Positions 50,301 through 60,316 of a stretch of 64,000 nt of DNA are shown here, one piece after another. The stretch covers positions 6,188-70,187 of the forward strand of contig CACJNL010000001.1 in assembly GCA_902594815.1 (NCBI GenBank), written 5' to 3'. Both the position numbers and the translations under genes were made by a program. Each line of letters starts with the position of its first letter. Position 1 is the stretch's first letter. This DNA comes from an uncultured Alphaproteobacteria bacterium. GTDB taxonomy: Bacteria > Pseudomonadota > Alphaproteobacteria > HIMB59 > GCA-002718135. A model generated the notes under the pieces. That model searched no databases. It saw only the letters and a program-made list of their open reading frames with translations, and was not told the DNA's origin.

Positions 50301-50781
50301 TGACAATAACAGGATAACCAATCTTATTAACTTGGTCGTGAATGTTTTTTTTATTTGTCTCACTAACCTTTACTGAAGGAATAGTGCTCACACCAGCTTC
50401 ATCAGCAACCTCTTTTGCTGCTGTCTTGTTACCTAATCTGCTCAGTATTTCAGGAGTGGGTCCGATAAAAGTAATATTATTTTTTTCACACAAGTCTGCA
50501 AACTCTGGATTTTCCGATAAAAAACCATAGCCAGGATGAATGGCATCAACGCCTGCTTTCTTTGCGATGTCGATAATTGAATTGATATCGAGATATGCCT
50601 GAATTGGACCTTTTCCCTCTCCAACAAGATAGCTTTCGTCCGTCTTAAAACGATGTAATGCAAATCTATCTTCTTTAGAATAAATAGCGGCAGTGCGTAT
50701 GCTAGACTCTTCAGCAGCCCTAAAAATTCTAATAGCTATTTCGCTTCTGTTAGCAGCTAAGATTTTTTTAATTTTTTTCAT
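47341..50781 (-). CDS. pyc: pyruvate carboxylase
   Basis: Start taken at ATG 50781 (MKKIKKILAANRSEIAIR). Biotin carboxylase, carboxyltransferase (HTHDTSG) and biotinyl (EAMKME) domains. Confidence 0.95.
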   Translation of the reverse strand: MKKIKKILAANRSEIAIRIFRAAEESSIRTAAIYSKEDRFALHRFKTDESYLVGEGKGPIQAYLDINSIIDIAKKAGVDAIHPGYGFLSENPEFADLCEKNNITFIGPTPEILSRLGNKTAAKEVADEAGVSTIPSVKVSETNKKNIHDQVNKIGYPVIVKASWGGGGRGMRVVRSAEELSEQIELAQSESKKAFGKDEVFIEKFLEDAAHIEVQILGDKHGNIVHLYERDCSLQRRHQKIIERAPAHFLESSSRESICASAVKIAKHVHYCGAGTVEFLYDKKNNQHYFIEVNPRIQVEHTVTEEVTGIDIVKAQIKIAEGTKIGDDPALPDQDNIKLDGYAIQCRVTTEDPLNNFMPDYGKIMTYRSASGFGVRLDGATAAAGSIITPYYDSLLVKVTTWAQTTEDCIRRMDRALREFRIRGVKTNLVFLESLINNDDFKLGNYNTNFVDTKKELYNYKPKKDRASKIISYLGNIIVNGHQDTKGRTNDFDLVDPVVPLFEKNQQTNNYVEELQRLGPDKFTQDIKNKKHTLITDTTMRDAHQSLLATRMRTDDLINIAEFYSNNLSELFSIECWGGATFDTSMRFLKEDPWDRLAKINHQAPNILKQMLLRGSNAVGYKNYPDNVVKFFVKEAAQAGIDVFRVFDSLNLIENMKVSIEEVRNQNKICEGAICYTNDVTNPKEEKYTLKYYIDLAKELEKAGSHIIAIKDMAGLCKPVAIKLLIKELRNEISLPIHYHTHDTSGTSSATVLAAIEEKIDIVDLAMDSMSGLTSQPALGSVVSIMKQNHADPKLDEEHIREASLYWEQVRSNYKAFETDFKGGSSDVYLHQMPGGQFTNLKEQARSLGITTDKWGLVANMYAEVNTMFGDIIKVTPSSKVVGDMALYMITNDLSPADVLDPNKEISFPSSVVEFFKGEIGLPLGGFPEKLQKKILGNDKPLTKRAGSVLASINLDEEKINLEKKYEEKISNQQLASHLMYPKVFEEFMTHRQTYSDTSILSTELFFYGPVQDKEYSLPIDKGKNLIVRYLAKGEPNASGSSSVFFELNGQPRTIEIQNTEFSKNISAKTKAEDGNLNHMGSPLPGQVAKIFVSAGDKIIKGDRVLVIEAMKMETIISAEKSGTIKKLHVSSGDNVETKDLLIEIE

Positions 50782-51403
50782 TTTTTGAATACAAGCAGTG
50801 TTTTGCAATCACACACTGATCACAAATCGGTTTTTGCGATTTGCATGTATATCTTCCGTGCAAAATAAGCAAGTGGTGGGCAGTTTTTAGCCATTTTTTC
50901 GGTGTTATCTGCTCCAAAACCTCCTGCGTTTGATCTGCAGTGTTTGTTTTTGCCAACCCAACTCTGTTGGAAACACGGTAAACGTGGGTATCAACTGCAA
51001 TCCTAGGAATATTGAGAATTTCATTTTGATAAACACTTGCTGTTTTATTTCCAACTCCAGGCAAAGAAGTAAGCTCTTCAAAGTCTGTAGGTACTTTGCC
51101 CTTATAATCTTTAACTAAAATTTTAGAGAGATTAATGACGTTCTTAGCCTTAGAGTTATAAAGTCCTATCGTCTTAATATAACCTTTTAATTTTCGCTCA
51201 CCCAAAGTAATCATATCTTTTGGAGATTTTACGATCTTAAACAAATCTTTTGTTGCTGCATTTACCGACTTGTCAGTTGCCTGAGCTGATAAAACAACAG
51301 ATACTAGAAAGGTATAGGAATTGCGGTACTTAAGCTCTGTCTTCGGCTCTCCAATTTTTTTAGCAAGAGATTTATAAACAGCGTTTATTGTCATTTTATT
51401 CAT
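50768..51403 (-). CDS. nth: endonuclease III
   Basis: HhH-GPD (LPGVGNKTA) and a 4Fe-4S cluster motif C-X6-C-X2-C-X5-C at the C-terminus. The start is chosen at ATG 51403 (MNKMTIN…); the track ORF starts at GTG 51412. Confidence 0.9.
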   Translation of the reverse strand: MNKMTINAVYKSLAKKIGEPKTELKYRNSYTFLVSVVLSAQATDKSVNAATKDLFKIVKSPKDMITLGERKLKGYIKTIGLYNSKAKNVINLSKILVKDYKGKVPTDFEELTSLPGVGNKTASVYQNEILNIPRIAVDTHVYRVSNRVGLAKTNTADQTQEVLEQITPKKWLKTAHHLLILHGRYTCKSQKPICDQCVIAKHCLYSKNEKN

Positions 51404-51455
51404 TGGGACCACTTTAAAATAAAAATTTTTTATATAAATATTAATTTACAACAAT

Positions 51456-51896
51456 ATGATGAAAGAAAAAATTATACCGTATCAAAGTTGCTCGAAATCA
51501 CTTTTTATTTTTCTAGGAATACTTCTCGTTTTGTGGAGTGTATTGTTTTCTTTAATATTGATTTCATATGGTGCTTGGCCAATTACTATATTTTTAGGGG
51601 CAGAGTATTTTCTTCTAGTTTATTTGGTTAAAATGTATTTTAAAAATAAAAATATTGCTGAAAACATTACAATAGATGCAGACATAATTAAAATAGAAAA
51701 ACTTGAACAAGGTAAAATTTCAAAGACTTCAATCTTTAAAACTTATTGGTCAAAAATAAATTTCTACAAATATAAAAATATATCTTCCTTAACAATAAGA
51801 CAATCATCTCAAGAAGAAGAGATTGCTAAATTTTTACATTCAGATTTAAAAGAAAAACTTTATTATAAAATTAAAAAATACTTATATCTTAAGTAA
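51456..51896 (+). CDS. DUF2244 family integral membrane protein
   Basis: 146 aa with two TM helices containing GAWP…F.G…L.VY, then a soluble tail with …LTIRQSSQEEEIAKFLHSDLKEKL, matching my memory of DUF2244. Confidence 0.6.
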   Translation: MMKEKIIPYQSCSKSLFIFLGILLVLWSVLFSLILISYGAWPITIFLGAEYFLLVYLVKMYFKNKNIAENITIDADIIKIEKLEQGKISKTSIFKTYWSKINFYKYKNISSLTIRQSSQEEEIAKFLHSDLKEKLYYKIKKYLYLK

Positions 51897-51900
51897 AAAC

Positions 51901-52710
51901 TTATTTTGTTTTTAAAAGAGAGCTCATATCAAAAAAGCCTGATTTCTTTTTTGATATAAATACTGCGGCTTTTAAGGCTCCATTTACAAAAATAGATCTG
52001 TTATTTGCTTTGTGATATAAATCTATTCTGTCGTCCTTACTAATAAAGCTAACTGTGTGCTCACCAGCTATCTCACCACCTCTGGTAACAGAAAATCCTA
52101 TATCTCCACTTTTTCTTTTCTTTAAACTTTTTGTTCGGTCTAACACTTTAGTTTTATCTAGTTTAGTTTTGCGACCAGCGGCAGCATATTCCCCAAGTGA
52201 AAGAGCGGTGCCAGATGGAGCATCAATTTTGTGTTTATGATGTGTTTCAGCAATTTCAATATCATACTCATCAGCATGAAGGGAGGATGCGGCCTGTCTC
52301 ACTAAATCAAATAAAAGATTTACACCGACGCTCATATTGGATGACATAAGGATTGGAGTCTTTTTTGATAAAGTTTTAATTTTAGTTTTTTGTGTATTTG
52401 AAATGCCTGTTGTTCCTATAACTAATGCTGTCTTAGTGGCACTTGCAAGTTTAACATTTGATAATGTTGATTGAGGTGTGGTAAAATCTATTACAACATT
52501 AGCTTTTTTAAAAATTGATAACGCATTGCTTGTTATTAAGCTGCTTGAGTTAATGTTGGTAACATCGCTAATTTTTTTTCCAATTTTAGGATGGGCCTTA
52601 TGTTCAAAACCGCCTATAAATATTAAATTTTTAGTATTAAGTACATGCTTTATGAGTTCTTGACCCATTCGGCCTAAACAGCCTGCAATACCTACTTTTA
52701 TTTTTGCCAT
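51901..52710 (-). CDS. dapB: 4-hydroxy-tetrahydrodipicolinate reductase
   Basis: 269 aa with N-terminal GCLGRMG, and E.HH..K.DAPSGTA. Confidence 0.9.
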   Translation of the reverse strand: MAKIKVGIAGCLGRMGQELIKHVLNTKNLIFIGGFEHKAHPKIGKKISDVTNINSSSLITSNALSIFKKANVVIDFTTPQSTLSNVKLASATKTALVIGTTGISNTQKTKIKTLSKKTPILMSSNMSVGVNLLFDLVRQAASSLHADEYDIEIAETHHKHKIDAPSGTALSLGEYAAAGRKTKLDKTKVLDRTKSLKKRKSGDIGFSVTRGGEIAGEHTVSFISKDDRIDLYHKANNRSIFVNGALKAAVFISKKKSGFFDMSSLLKTK

Positions 52711-52750
52711 AAAACTTCTTATACTTTGGGTAAACTTGATTGAAAAGGAA

Positions 52751-53881
52751 TTAAGTTAAATCTTCCCAAACTTCTTTTAATTTAGAGAAAAAACTTTGTG
52801 ATTTTGGGCTGTGTTTTTTTGATGTACCGCCCTCTTTTTCAAATTCTTGTAAAATTGCTTTTTGCTTGCTGTTTAAATTTACAGGGATTTCGACGCTTAC
52901 CTCTACATACATGTCGCCACGTCTTGTTTGACGAAGTATACTCATGCCTTTGCTCTTTAATCTAAACTGCGTTTCTGATTGTGTTCCTGCAGGAATGTTT
53001 AATCTTGCTTTCTTTCCTTCGATAGTTGGCACTTCAACATCGCCCCCAAGAATTGCTGTAGTTATTGAAATAGGAATTTGACAAAAAATATTTTCTTCTT
53101 CTCGTTCAAAGAGTTTATCCTTTTGTACTTGGACAAAAATATATAAATCCCCATTACCAGCTCCTCTCTGTCCAGGCTCTCCTTCTCCAGAAATTCGAAT
53201 TCTTGTTCCATTATCAACGCCAGCTGGAATTGATACAGATATAGTCTTTTGTTTTTTTAACTGACCAGTTCCACTACATTTTAAACATGGGTTTTTAATT
53301 GATGATCCCTCACCGCCACATGTTGGGCATGGTCGCTCTATAGAAAAAAATCCTTGAGTGGATCTTACCTTGCCGTGTCCTCCACATGTTGAACATGTGC
53401 TGGGACCTGATTTATCAGCACTACCTGTTGCAGAACATAAATCACAACTTTCATATCCTGGAATTCGTATTTGAGATTTTTTACCAGCAAATGCCTCTTG
53501 AAGAGTAACAGACATGTTATAACGAAGATCACTTCCTCTTTGCGGCCCTCGTTGTCTAGAGGAACCTCCAAAACCGCCACCAAAAAACTCTTCAAATATA
53601 TCTGAAAAACCTCCTGCAAAATCTCCAAAACCTTGCGCACCGCCCATACCTCCTTGACGAAAAGCATCATGACCATATTGATCGTACGCTGCTCTTTTCT
53701 CTGGATCTTTCAAAGCTTCATAAGCGGCAGTTGCTTCTTTGAATTTTTTTTCAGCTTCTTTATCATCCTTGTTTCTATCGGGATGATATTTCATCGCAAG
53801 TTTTCGATAAGACTTTTTTATTTCATCATCACTAGCGTTTTTTTGTACGCCTAGTATATCATAGAAGTCTCTATCTGCCAT
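52751..53881 (-). CDS. dnaJ: chaperone DnaJ
   Basis: J domain (HPD), a G/F region and four CxxCxGxG repeats. Confidence 0.95.
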   Translation of the reverse strand: MADRDFYDILGVQKNASDDEIKKSYRKLAMKYHPDRNKDDKEAEKKFKEATAAYEALKDPEKRAAYDQYGHDAFRQGGMGGAQGFGDFAGGFSDIFEEFFGGGFGGSSRQRGPQRGSDLRYNMSVTLQEAFAGKKSQIRIPGYESCDLCSATGSADKSGPSTCSTCGGHGKVRSTQGFFSIERPCPTCGGEGSSIKNPCLKCSGTGQLKKQKTISVSIPAGVDNGTRIRISGEGEPGQRGAGNGDLYIFVQVQKDKLFEREEENIFCQIPISITTAILGGDVEVPTIEGKKARLNIPAGTQSETQFRLKSKGMSILRQTRRGDMYVEVSVEIPVNLNSKQKAILQEFEKEGGTSKKHSPKSQSFFSKLKEVWEDLT

Positions 53882-53913
53882 GCACGCCCCTTAAAGGAAA
53901 ATATTAAAGAGTG

Positions 53914-55833
53914 TTAATCTTTTTTATTTTCGTCAACTTCTTCAAATTCCGCGTCCACAACTTTTTCATCCTTTTTATCAGAAGAAGGTTCTTCTCCAGA
54001 TGGGTCAGGTTGTGCTGCACCAGCTTGTGGATTTTGTTTATAAATCGCCTCACCAAGTTTTAACGATGATTGAACCAGAGCTTCAGTTTTAGATTTAATA
54101 GCTTCTATATCATCTCCGTCTTTAACTTTTTTAAGCTCTTCAATGTCTGCGGTAATTTTGTTTTTATCATCTTCAGGAACTTTATCACCGTGCTCCTTCA
54201 GATTTTTCTCAGTTTCATTAATTAAGCTGTCTGCATGATTTTTCGTATCAACAGATTCTCTTTTTTTCTTATCAGCTTCAGCATTTTCTTCTGCTTCTTT
54301 AACCATGCGCTCAATTTCATCATCTGATAACCCGCCAGATGCCTGAATACGAATTTGCTGTTCTTTGCCAGTGGATTTGTCTTTCGCAGAAACGTTTACT
54401 ATGCCGTTTGCATCAATATCAAAAGTAACTTCAATTTGTGGCATTCCTCTTGCTGCGGGTGGTATTCCTACTAAATCGAATTGACCAAGTAACTTGTTAT
54501 CAGCTGCCATTTCCCTTTCACCTTGGAACACCCTAATTGTAACAGCGCTTTGATTATCTTCTGCGGTAGAAAATACTTGGCTTTTTTTAGTTGGTATTGT
54601 TGTGTTTTTATCGATGAGTCTTGTAAATACACCTCCTAGTGTTTCAATTCCAAGAGACAGAGGCGTAACGTCTAATAATAATACATCTTTTACATCGCCC
54701 TGTAATACGCCCCCCTGAATCGCTGCGCCAGAAGCAACAACTTCATCCGGGTTAACACCTTTATTAGGCTCTTTGCCAAAAAAGTTTTTTACTAGTTCAG
54801 TTACTTTAGGCATTCTAGTCATTCCGCCTACAAGAATAACATCATCAATATCCGCTGCTTGCAAACCAGCATCTTTTAGTGCTTGCTCACAAGGCTTCAA
54901 ACTTTTATTTAATAAGTCACCAACAATAGCTTCAAGTTTTGCACGAGAGAGTTTTATCGTCAAGTGCTTTGGCCCTGTTTGATCAGCTGTAATGAATGGA
55001 AGGTTAACCTCTGTTTCAGTAGAGCTTGATAATTCTATTTTTGCTTTCTCTGCAGCTTCCTTTAATCTTTGTAGTGCAAGTTTATCAGACCTTAAATCAA
55101 TTGCATTATCTTTTTTAAATTCATCAGCAAGATAATCGATAATTTGTAAATCAAAGTCCTCTCCACCTAAATGAGTATCACCATTGGTAGACTTAACTTC
55201 AAATACACCATCTCCAATTTCTAAAATTGAAATGTCAAACGTGCCTCCACCTAAATCATAAACAGCAACAGTTCCTGTTTTTTTCTTATCAAGACCGTAT
55301 GCAAGTGCAGCAGCTGTGGGCTCGTTAATAATTCTTAAAACTTCTAAACCTGCTATTTTTCCTGCATCTTTTGTCGCTTGTCTTTGAGCATCATTGAAAT
55401 ATGCGGGAACAGTAATAACTGCTTGAGTGACATTCTCGCCTAAGTAGCTCTCAGCAGTTTCTTTCATTTTCTGTAAAACAAAAGCGCTTATTTGACTTGG
55501 GCTATATTTTTCACCACGGGATTCTACCCAGGCGTCTCCGTTATCACCTTTAACAATTTTGTAGGGAACAAGTCCGCTGTCATCTTTGACAATTTTGTCT
55601 TCAAAGTTTCTTCCAATTAATCTTTTTATGGCAAAAAGTGTATTCTCTGGATTTGTAACAGCTTGCCTCTTTGCAGATTGTCCGACTAACTTTTCTTTTG
55701 ACTCACTGAAGGCAACCATCGAAGGGGTAGTTCTTGCTCCTTCTGCATTCTCTATAACTTTTGCCTCTTTACCATCCATAACGGCAACACATGAATTTGT
55801 GGTACCTAAATCTATTCCAATAACTTTTGCCAT
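53914..55833 (-). CDS. dnaK: chaperone DnaK (Hsp70)
   Basis: 639 aa, canonical Hsp70 sequence ([17 protein letters not shown]…). Confidence 0.98.
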   Translation of the reverse strand: MAKVIGIDLGTTNSCVAVMDGKEAKVIENAEGARTTPSMVAFSESKEKLVGQSAKRQAVTNPENTLFAIKRLIGRNFEDKIVKDDSGLVPYKIVKGDNGDAWVESRGEKYSPSQISAFVLQKMKETAESYLGENVTQAVITVPAYFNDAQRQATKDAGKIAGLEVLRIINEPTAAALAYGLDKKKTGTVAVYDLGGGTFDISILEIGDGVFEVKSTNGDTHLGGEDFDLQIIDYLADEFKKDNAIDLRSDKLALQRLKEAAEKAKIELSSSTETEVNLPFITADQTGPKHLTIKLSRAKLEAIVGDLLNKSLKPCEQALKDAGLQAADIDDVILVGGMTRMPKVTELVKNFFGKEPNKGVNPDEVVASGAAIQGGVLQGDVKDVLLLDVTPLSLGIETLGGVFTRLIDKNTTIPTKKSQVFSTAEDNQSAVTIRVFQGEREMAADNKLLGQFDLVGIPPAARGMPQIEVTFDIDANGIVNVSAKDKSTGKEQQIRIQASGGLSDDEIERMVKEAEENAEADKKKRESVDTKNHADSLINETEKNLKEHGDKVPEDDKNKITADIEELKKVKDGDDIEAIKSKTEALVQSSLKLGEAIYKQNPQAGAAQPDPSGEEPSSDKKDEKVVDAEFEEVDENKKD

Positions 55834-55884
55834 AATACTTTTGTCCTATTCTGATTAATTTTTTGCCTAATCTAGTAAGCTATT

Positions 55885-55920
55885 AAGAATATGGTATGAA
55901 ACTTTAAAAATACAAGAAGC
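55885..55920 (-). promoter_or_regulatory. candidate RpoH-type promoter upstream of dnaK
   Basis: Minus strand: CTTGTA (55916-55911)-N16-CCATAT (55894-55889), about 55 nt upstream of the dnaK ATG. It resembles the alphaproteobacterial sigma-32 pattern CTTG-N17-18-CYTATNT and shares a TTTTAAAG spacer element with the hsp20 promoter. Confidence 0.35.
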
Positions 55921-55968
55921 TCTTATATTTATTTGTTTTTATTGTGTTTTCTAAGTTTTTGGCGATTT

Positions 55969-56646
55969 TTAATCCTTATTTTTAGGCTCTTTTTCGTCTT
56001 GACTGTCTGAGGTGTTATTTTGTTTAGGCTTTTTAGATACTCCAACTATCGCTGGTCTTAGCAATCTATCGTGCATCATATAGCCAGTCTGAATTTCTTG
56101 TACCACAATACCCTCATCAAGATCATCTCTTTCTACCTCCATCATTGCTTGATGAAGGTTAGGGTCAAATTTTTCATTCATTGAATTAATTTTAGAAATG
56201 CCATTTTTTTCAAGCGCACTAGAAAGTTCTTTTTGGACCATTTTAAGTCCTTCAATCAAATTTTTAATAGACTGCGGATGATCCTCTTCCTGATTAATTG
56301 CAGATAAAGCCCTCTCAAGATTATCGCCAGGAGATAAAATATCTCTAGCAAAGCTGACACTTCCGTATTTAATTGAGTCAATTTTTTCTCGATCAAATCG
56401 TTTACGTAAATTTTCCATTTCAGCCAAAACTCTTATTTTGTCTTCTTTTAAAGTCCTTACTTCTTCTTGAAGTCTTTCCTCTTCACTCTCTTCATTTTCT
56501 TCTTCAGTGCTATTTGCTTCAACTTTAGGTTCATTGTTTTTTGTTGAATTGCTCTCTTCTAAATTTTCATCTGTATTTTCAATTATGTCCTCTTTTTCAA
56601 TTTTCTGTTTGGTTTCTTGTTGATCGTTTTTTTCTTTATTGTTCAT
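55969..56646 (-). CDS. grpE: nucleotide exchange factor GrpE
   Basis: 225 aa with an acidic N-terminus, a coiled coil and the GrpE C-terminal domain (…GYMMHDRLLRPAIVGV). Confidence 0.9.
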   Translation of the reverse strand: MNNKEKNDQQETKQKIEKEDIIENTDENLEESNSTKNNEPKVEANSTEEENEESEEERLQEEVRTLKEDKIRVLAEMENLRKRFDREKIDSIKYGSVSFARDILSPGDNLERALSAINQEEDHPQSIKNLIEGLKMVQKELSSALEKNGISKINSMNEKFDPNLHQAMMEVERDDLDEGIVVQEIQTGYMMHDRLLRPAIVGVSKKPKQNNTSDSQDEKEPKNKD

Positions 56647-57692
56647 TATTTTAAAACCTTTCCTATAATTTTAGATGTATAGTCAACTAAAGGGACAATC
56701 TTTGAATAATTTAATCTTGTTGGCCCAACAACTCCTATTGCTCCTACAATTTCTTGCTCTTTATTTTTATATGGGGCCATTACCATAGAAAGACCAGAAT
56801 GTTTAAATAAAAAATTTTTAGATCCAATAAATATTTGAACTCCTTTTGCTTTTGCAGCATTTTCTAATATTTCAACGAATGTTGTTTTATTTTCAATTTC
56901 ATCAAATAGTTGTCTGATTTGATCTAAGTCTTTGGATATTATTTCATCTTTCAACAACTTTGATTGACCGTGTAAGAAAATGTAAGGGTTGTTTAGTTTA
57001 GGCTCTATTTCAACTATTCCTTTTTTTACAAGCTTTCTTGAAATTTCCTCAAGGCTTGATTTGGATTTAATAATTTCAGTCTCAACAAGTCTTTTAATCT
57101 CAGCAATGTTTTTGTTTCTGAACTTATCGTCAAGATAGTTTGATACTTGCAATAATTGTGAGTTGGTAAATTTTCCACTATCCTCGATTATTCTGTTTTC
57201 AATCTCTCCATTTTCATAGGCTAAAATTGACATAATTTGTTTTGAGTTTAGTCTTATAAATTCAAGATGTTTTATGTTTTTTTGGTACTTTGGCGCTATT
57301 ACAATCCCTGCATAATTAGAAAGCCCAGAGATTGCTCTGGAGGCCTCATCTAGTACTTGCTGGTAAGACTTGCTTTTTGAAGAACCTAATTGTTCTATAT
57401 TTTCTTTTTCTGATTTAGAAATTCTTCCAAATTCTAACAACCCATCAACAAAAAAACGCATCCCTTTTTCAGTTGGCACTCTCCCTGCCGATGTATGCGG
57501 TGAAAATAATAAGCCCTCTTTTTGTAGATTGGACAATACAGTTCTAACGGATGCTGAGGAGATATCTAAACCAGCTCTTTTTAAAATAGTTTCAGATCCC
57601 GATGGAGATCCTGTTTCTAAATAACTCTCAACAACACTTTTAAAAATTTGTTTTGTTCTTTCGCTGAGCTCTGAATACAAATTATTTTTCAT
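56646..57692 (-). CDS. hrcA: heat-inducible transcription repressor HrcA
   Basis: N-terminal wHTH (SERTKQIFKSVVESYLETGSPSGSE). Size and domain order are those of HrcA. ATG 57692 is preferred over TTG 57698. Confidence 0.9.
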   Translation of the reverse strand: MKNNLYSELSERTKQIFKSVVESYLETGSPSGSETILKRAGLDISSASVRTVLSNLQKEGLLFSPHTSAGRVPTEKGMRFFVDGLLEFGRISKSEKENIEQLGSSKSKSYQQVLDEASRAISGLSNYAGIVIAPKYQKNIKHLEFIRLNSKQIMSILAYENGEIENRIIEDSGKFTNSQLLQVSNYLDDKFRNKNIAEIKRLVETEIIKSKSSLEEISRKLVKKGIVEIEPKLNNPYIFLHGQSKLLKDEIISKDLDQIRQLFDEIENKTTFVEILENAAKAKGVQIFIGSKNFLFKHSGLSMVMAPYKNKEQEIVGAIGVVGPTRLNYSKIVPLVDYTSKIIGKVLK

Positions 57693-57743
57693 AGGCAATA
57701 TATTGGTGCAATATCTTTAAAATTCAATTAATAGATATTTATT

Positions 57744-58460
57744 ATGAGAAAAGAAAGAGCGTTTGACGAATTAAGGGAAATTGCTTTTGAAACAAATACG
57801 AATATCCATGCAGAGGGATCTTGTTTGGTTAAGTTTGGCAATACCCATGTAATATGTACTGCATCTATTGATGAAAAAACCCCCCCTTGGTTGAGGGGAT
57901 CTGGTAAGGGCTGGGTGACTGCTGAGTATGGGATGCTACCTCGGTCAACAAACACCAGAATAGACAGAGAATCTGCAAAAGGCAAACAGAGTGGAAGAAC
58001 TCAAGAAATTCAAAGATTAATAGGAAGAAGCCTTAGATCGGTTGTTGATTTAAATAATCTTGGTGAGAGACAAGTAAAGGTAGATTGTGATGTAATTCAG
58101 GCAGATGGAGGCACTAGAACAGCTTCTATAAGCGGGGGATTTGTTGCATTGTATTTGGCTATTGATAAACTTAAGAAAAGCTACAACATTGAAAAGCCAA
58201 TTATTAAAAACTTTGTTGCGGCTATTTCTGCAGGAATTATAGATAATAAGGCGCGCGTTGACCTGGATTATGATGAGGACTCTGCTGCAGGGGTTGATGC
58301 TAATTTTGTAATTTGTGACAATGGAAAAATCTCTGAAATTCAGGCAACAGGTGAGGAGTATTTCTTTAGTGAAGAACAATATCAAGAAATGTTTTGGCTT
58401 GCAAAGAGTAGTATAGAAAAAATTATATCAAAACAAAAAAACGCACTTAATTTAAATTGA
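57744..58460 (+). CDS. rph: ribonuclease PH
   Basis: 238 aa with the characteristic RPH sequence (GSCLVKFGNTHVICTAS…GRTQEIQRLIGRSLR…DCDVIQADGGTRTASI). Confidence 0.95.
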   Translation: MRKERAFDELREIAFETNTNIHAEGSCLVKFGNTHVICTASIDEKTPPWLRGSGKGWVTAEYGMLPRSTNTRIDRESAKGKQSGRTQEIQRLIGRSLRSVVDLNNLGERQVKVDCDVIQADGGTRTASISGGFVALYLAIDKLKKSYNIEKPIIKNFVAAISAGIIDNKARVDLDYDEDSAAGVDANFVICDNGKISEIQATGEEYFFSEEQYQEMFWLAKSSIEKIISKQKNALNLN

Positions 58461-59038
58461 AAAATTTATTATTTTTTTCTCACAACAATAAAAAAGTCTG
58501 CGAAGTAGAAAAGATCTTGAGAAGAAAAGATGTCAAAATATTAAATTTAAATTTTTATAATAAGGTCAAAGAACCTATTGAAAGCGGCAATAGCTTTGCT
58601 GAAAATGCTAAAATTAAATCATCTTTTGGTCTAAATACATTTGAAGTACCGTGTTTTGCTGATGACTCAGGAATTTGTATTGAGGCACTTAATAATAAAC
58701 CGGGGATAAAATCAAAAAGATTTTTAGAGAATTTTAAAACACATCGTAATGCTTTTGAGTATATCATTTCCAGTGTAGTTAATAAAAAAAATGATAAAGC
58801 TTTTTTTAAAACCGCAATTTGTCTAAGCATAAAAAAAAATCACCACATTGTTTTTGAAGGAACAGTTAATGGCAGAATATCAAAAAAGCCAAAAGGTATA
58901 AATGGTTTTGGGTACGACCCAATTTTCATTCCAGATGGATATAAAAAAACATTTGCGGAAATGAATTCTAAAGAAAAAAATACAATTAGCCACAGGTTGA
59001 TTGCACTCAGAAAAATGGAATCCTTTTTATTTAATTAA
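58457..59038 (+). CDS. rdgB: dITP/XTP pyrophosphatase (RdgB/HAM1 family)
   Basis: 193 aa from a TTG start overlapping the rph stop. FADDSGICIEALNNKPGI and GFGYDPIF motifs. Confidence 0.85.
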   Translation: MKNLLFFSHNNKKVCEVEKILRRKDVKILNLNFYNKVKEPIESGNSFAENAKIKSSFGLNTFEVPCFADDSGICIEALNNKPGIKSKRFLENFKTHRNAFEYIISSVVNKKNDKAFFKTAICLSIKKNHHIVFEGTVNGRISKKPKGINGFGYDPIFIPDGYKKTFAEMNSKEKNTISHRLIALRKMESFLFN

Positions 59039-60197
59039 TTTTAAGCGCCTGACCTTTATTTATTTGAAGAATTCCTAACTCTCTTTCAATAAGATTATTT
59101 CGAAAGTAGAAATTACCATCTACTCCATCAAATTTTAAGTTTTTATTATCAACAAGGCTGTAAAAATCTTTTAGTCTGTATTGATTATTTATTAAATAGG
59201 CTAAAAGACCGACTAAATCATAGGGCAGGGTTGAAACCCTCATTAAATCTTCATCATAAAAAGCCTTATATTCACTAACAAGACTATCTCTTTTATTATA
59301 TTCAACTCCTGGAAAAATTGCATTTTGTAGAGATGGTTCATTGAAGAATGCTGTATCATCCCATGCTCCAGTTCCAACAAATCTAACTATATTAGGATCA
59401 ATGTCATAATATGCTAGTAAGGGCGCAACTTGCAAAAGCCTTATTCCATAATCAGCTATTAAAACATGGGTAAAATCATAATTGTTTGTCGTAGTAAACC
59501 TCTCGAGTCTTTTCAATCTTTGTTTTGATTTTTCATCTTTTTTTAGAGCAAGAAGTTTTTTTTGCCTGTTAAGTTCAAACTTTCTCAACTCATATTTACC
59601 TAACTCTTTTATGGCACTCCTTATGTCTTCTAAGTTTTCTTTATATGAAGCTCTGTTAACAATAACAGAATTACTATTTTGTGAAAGAGCATCTATTGTC
59701 TCGTTAATCTTATACCCATATGTATTTTCAGGATAAATAACAGCAACATTTGAATCATCTGGTAAATATTCAAATATGGTTTTAATTTCATTATAAGGAA
59801 AAAAATTTATTAAAAAAACACAATCATTTGCTAATGACCTTTCTGAAGAAAAAGAAAAGAAAAGAACTCCATCATTACAAAATTGATTTAATCCTTTGGT
59901 GTTTTCAGTACTTATAGGCCCAAAGAAAACTGTACCTGGCTCAAGATTATTTTTTATATACTCATTAAGACTTAAATTATTATCGTATACATGAATATTA
60001 AAACTCATGTCTTTTATTTCTCTCTTATAAATCGCTAATTCAATTACGTTCAAAAATTGGTTAACAATTTTGGGATCATCTTTTTTTGAGACCAAAACTC
60101 TAATTTTGTTAGACATAATATTGTTAAAATTTTTATACAGTTGCACTTCGGCTAATTGAATTTCTTCTTTTTTAAGATCTGAAGTTTTTTCATTCAA
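59031..60197 (-). CDS. LpoA-like periplasmic-binding-fold protein (penicillin-binding protein activator family), N-terminus probably longer
   Basis: 388-aa track ORF from TTG 60197 with a type-1 periplasmic-binding fold. It is divergent from rsmI, as lpoA(yraM)/rsmI(yraL) are in E. coli. An in-frame lipobox (FLFSC, Cys codon 60278-60276) lies upstream with no canonical start codon in frame. See the finding at 60197-60336. Confidence 0.55.
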   Translation of the reverse strand: MNEKTSDLKKEEIQLAEVQLYKNFNNIMSNKIRVLVSKKDDPKIVNQFLNVIELAIYKREIKDMSFNIHVYDNNLSLNEYIKNNLEPGTVFFGPISTENTKGLNQFCNDGVLFFSFSSERSLANDCVFLINFFPYNEIKTIFEYLPDDSNVAVIYPENTYGYKINETIDALSQNSNSVIVNRASYKENLEDIRSAIKELGKYELRKFELNRQKKLLALKKDEKSKQRLKRLERFTTTNNYDFTHVLIADYGIRLLQVAPLLAYYDIDPNIVRFVGTGAWDDTAFFNEPSLQNAIFPGVEYNKRDSLVSEYKAFYDEDLMRVSTLPYDLVGLLAYLINNQYRLKDFYSLVDNKNLKFDGVDGNFYFRNNLIERELGILQINKGQALKIN

Positions 60198-60316
60198 GGT
60201 TTCTGGCTTATCTTCTAAAGGGCTAATTATATTAATTTCTTTACTGCTCAGCTCACTAGAATTATTTACTGGAGCACAAGAAAATAAAAATATAAAAAGA
60301 AAAAAAATGGAAAAAA

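Noticed and set aside
47921-50663. Several short ORFs on both strands within pyruvate carboxylase
   Set aside because: All are embedded in the 1146-aa pyc frame, which is conserved end to end.
55834-57743. CIRCE operator for HrcA
   Set aside because: I found no TTAGCACTC-N9-GAGTGCTAA-like inverted repeat in the hrcA or dnaK upstream regions. It is presumably located at groESL outside the window.
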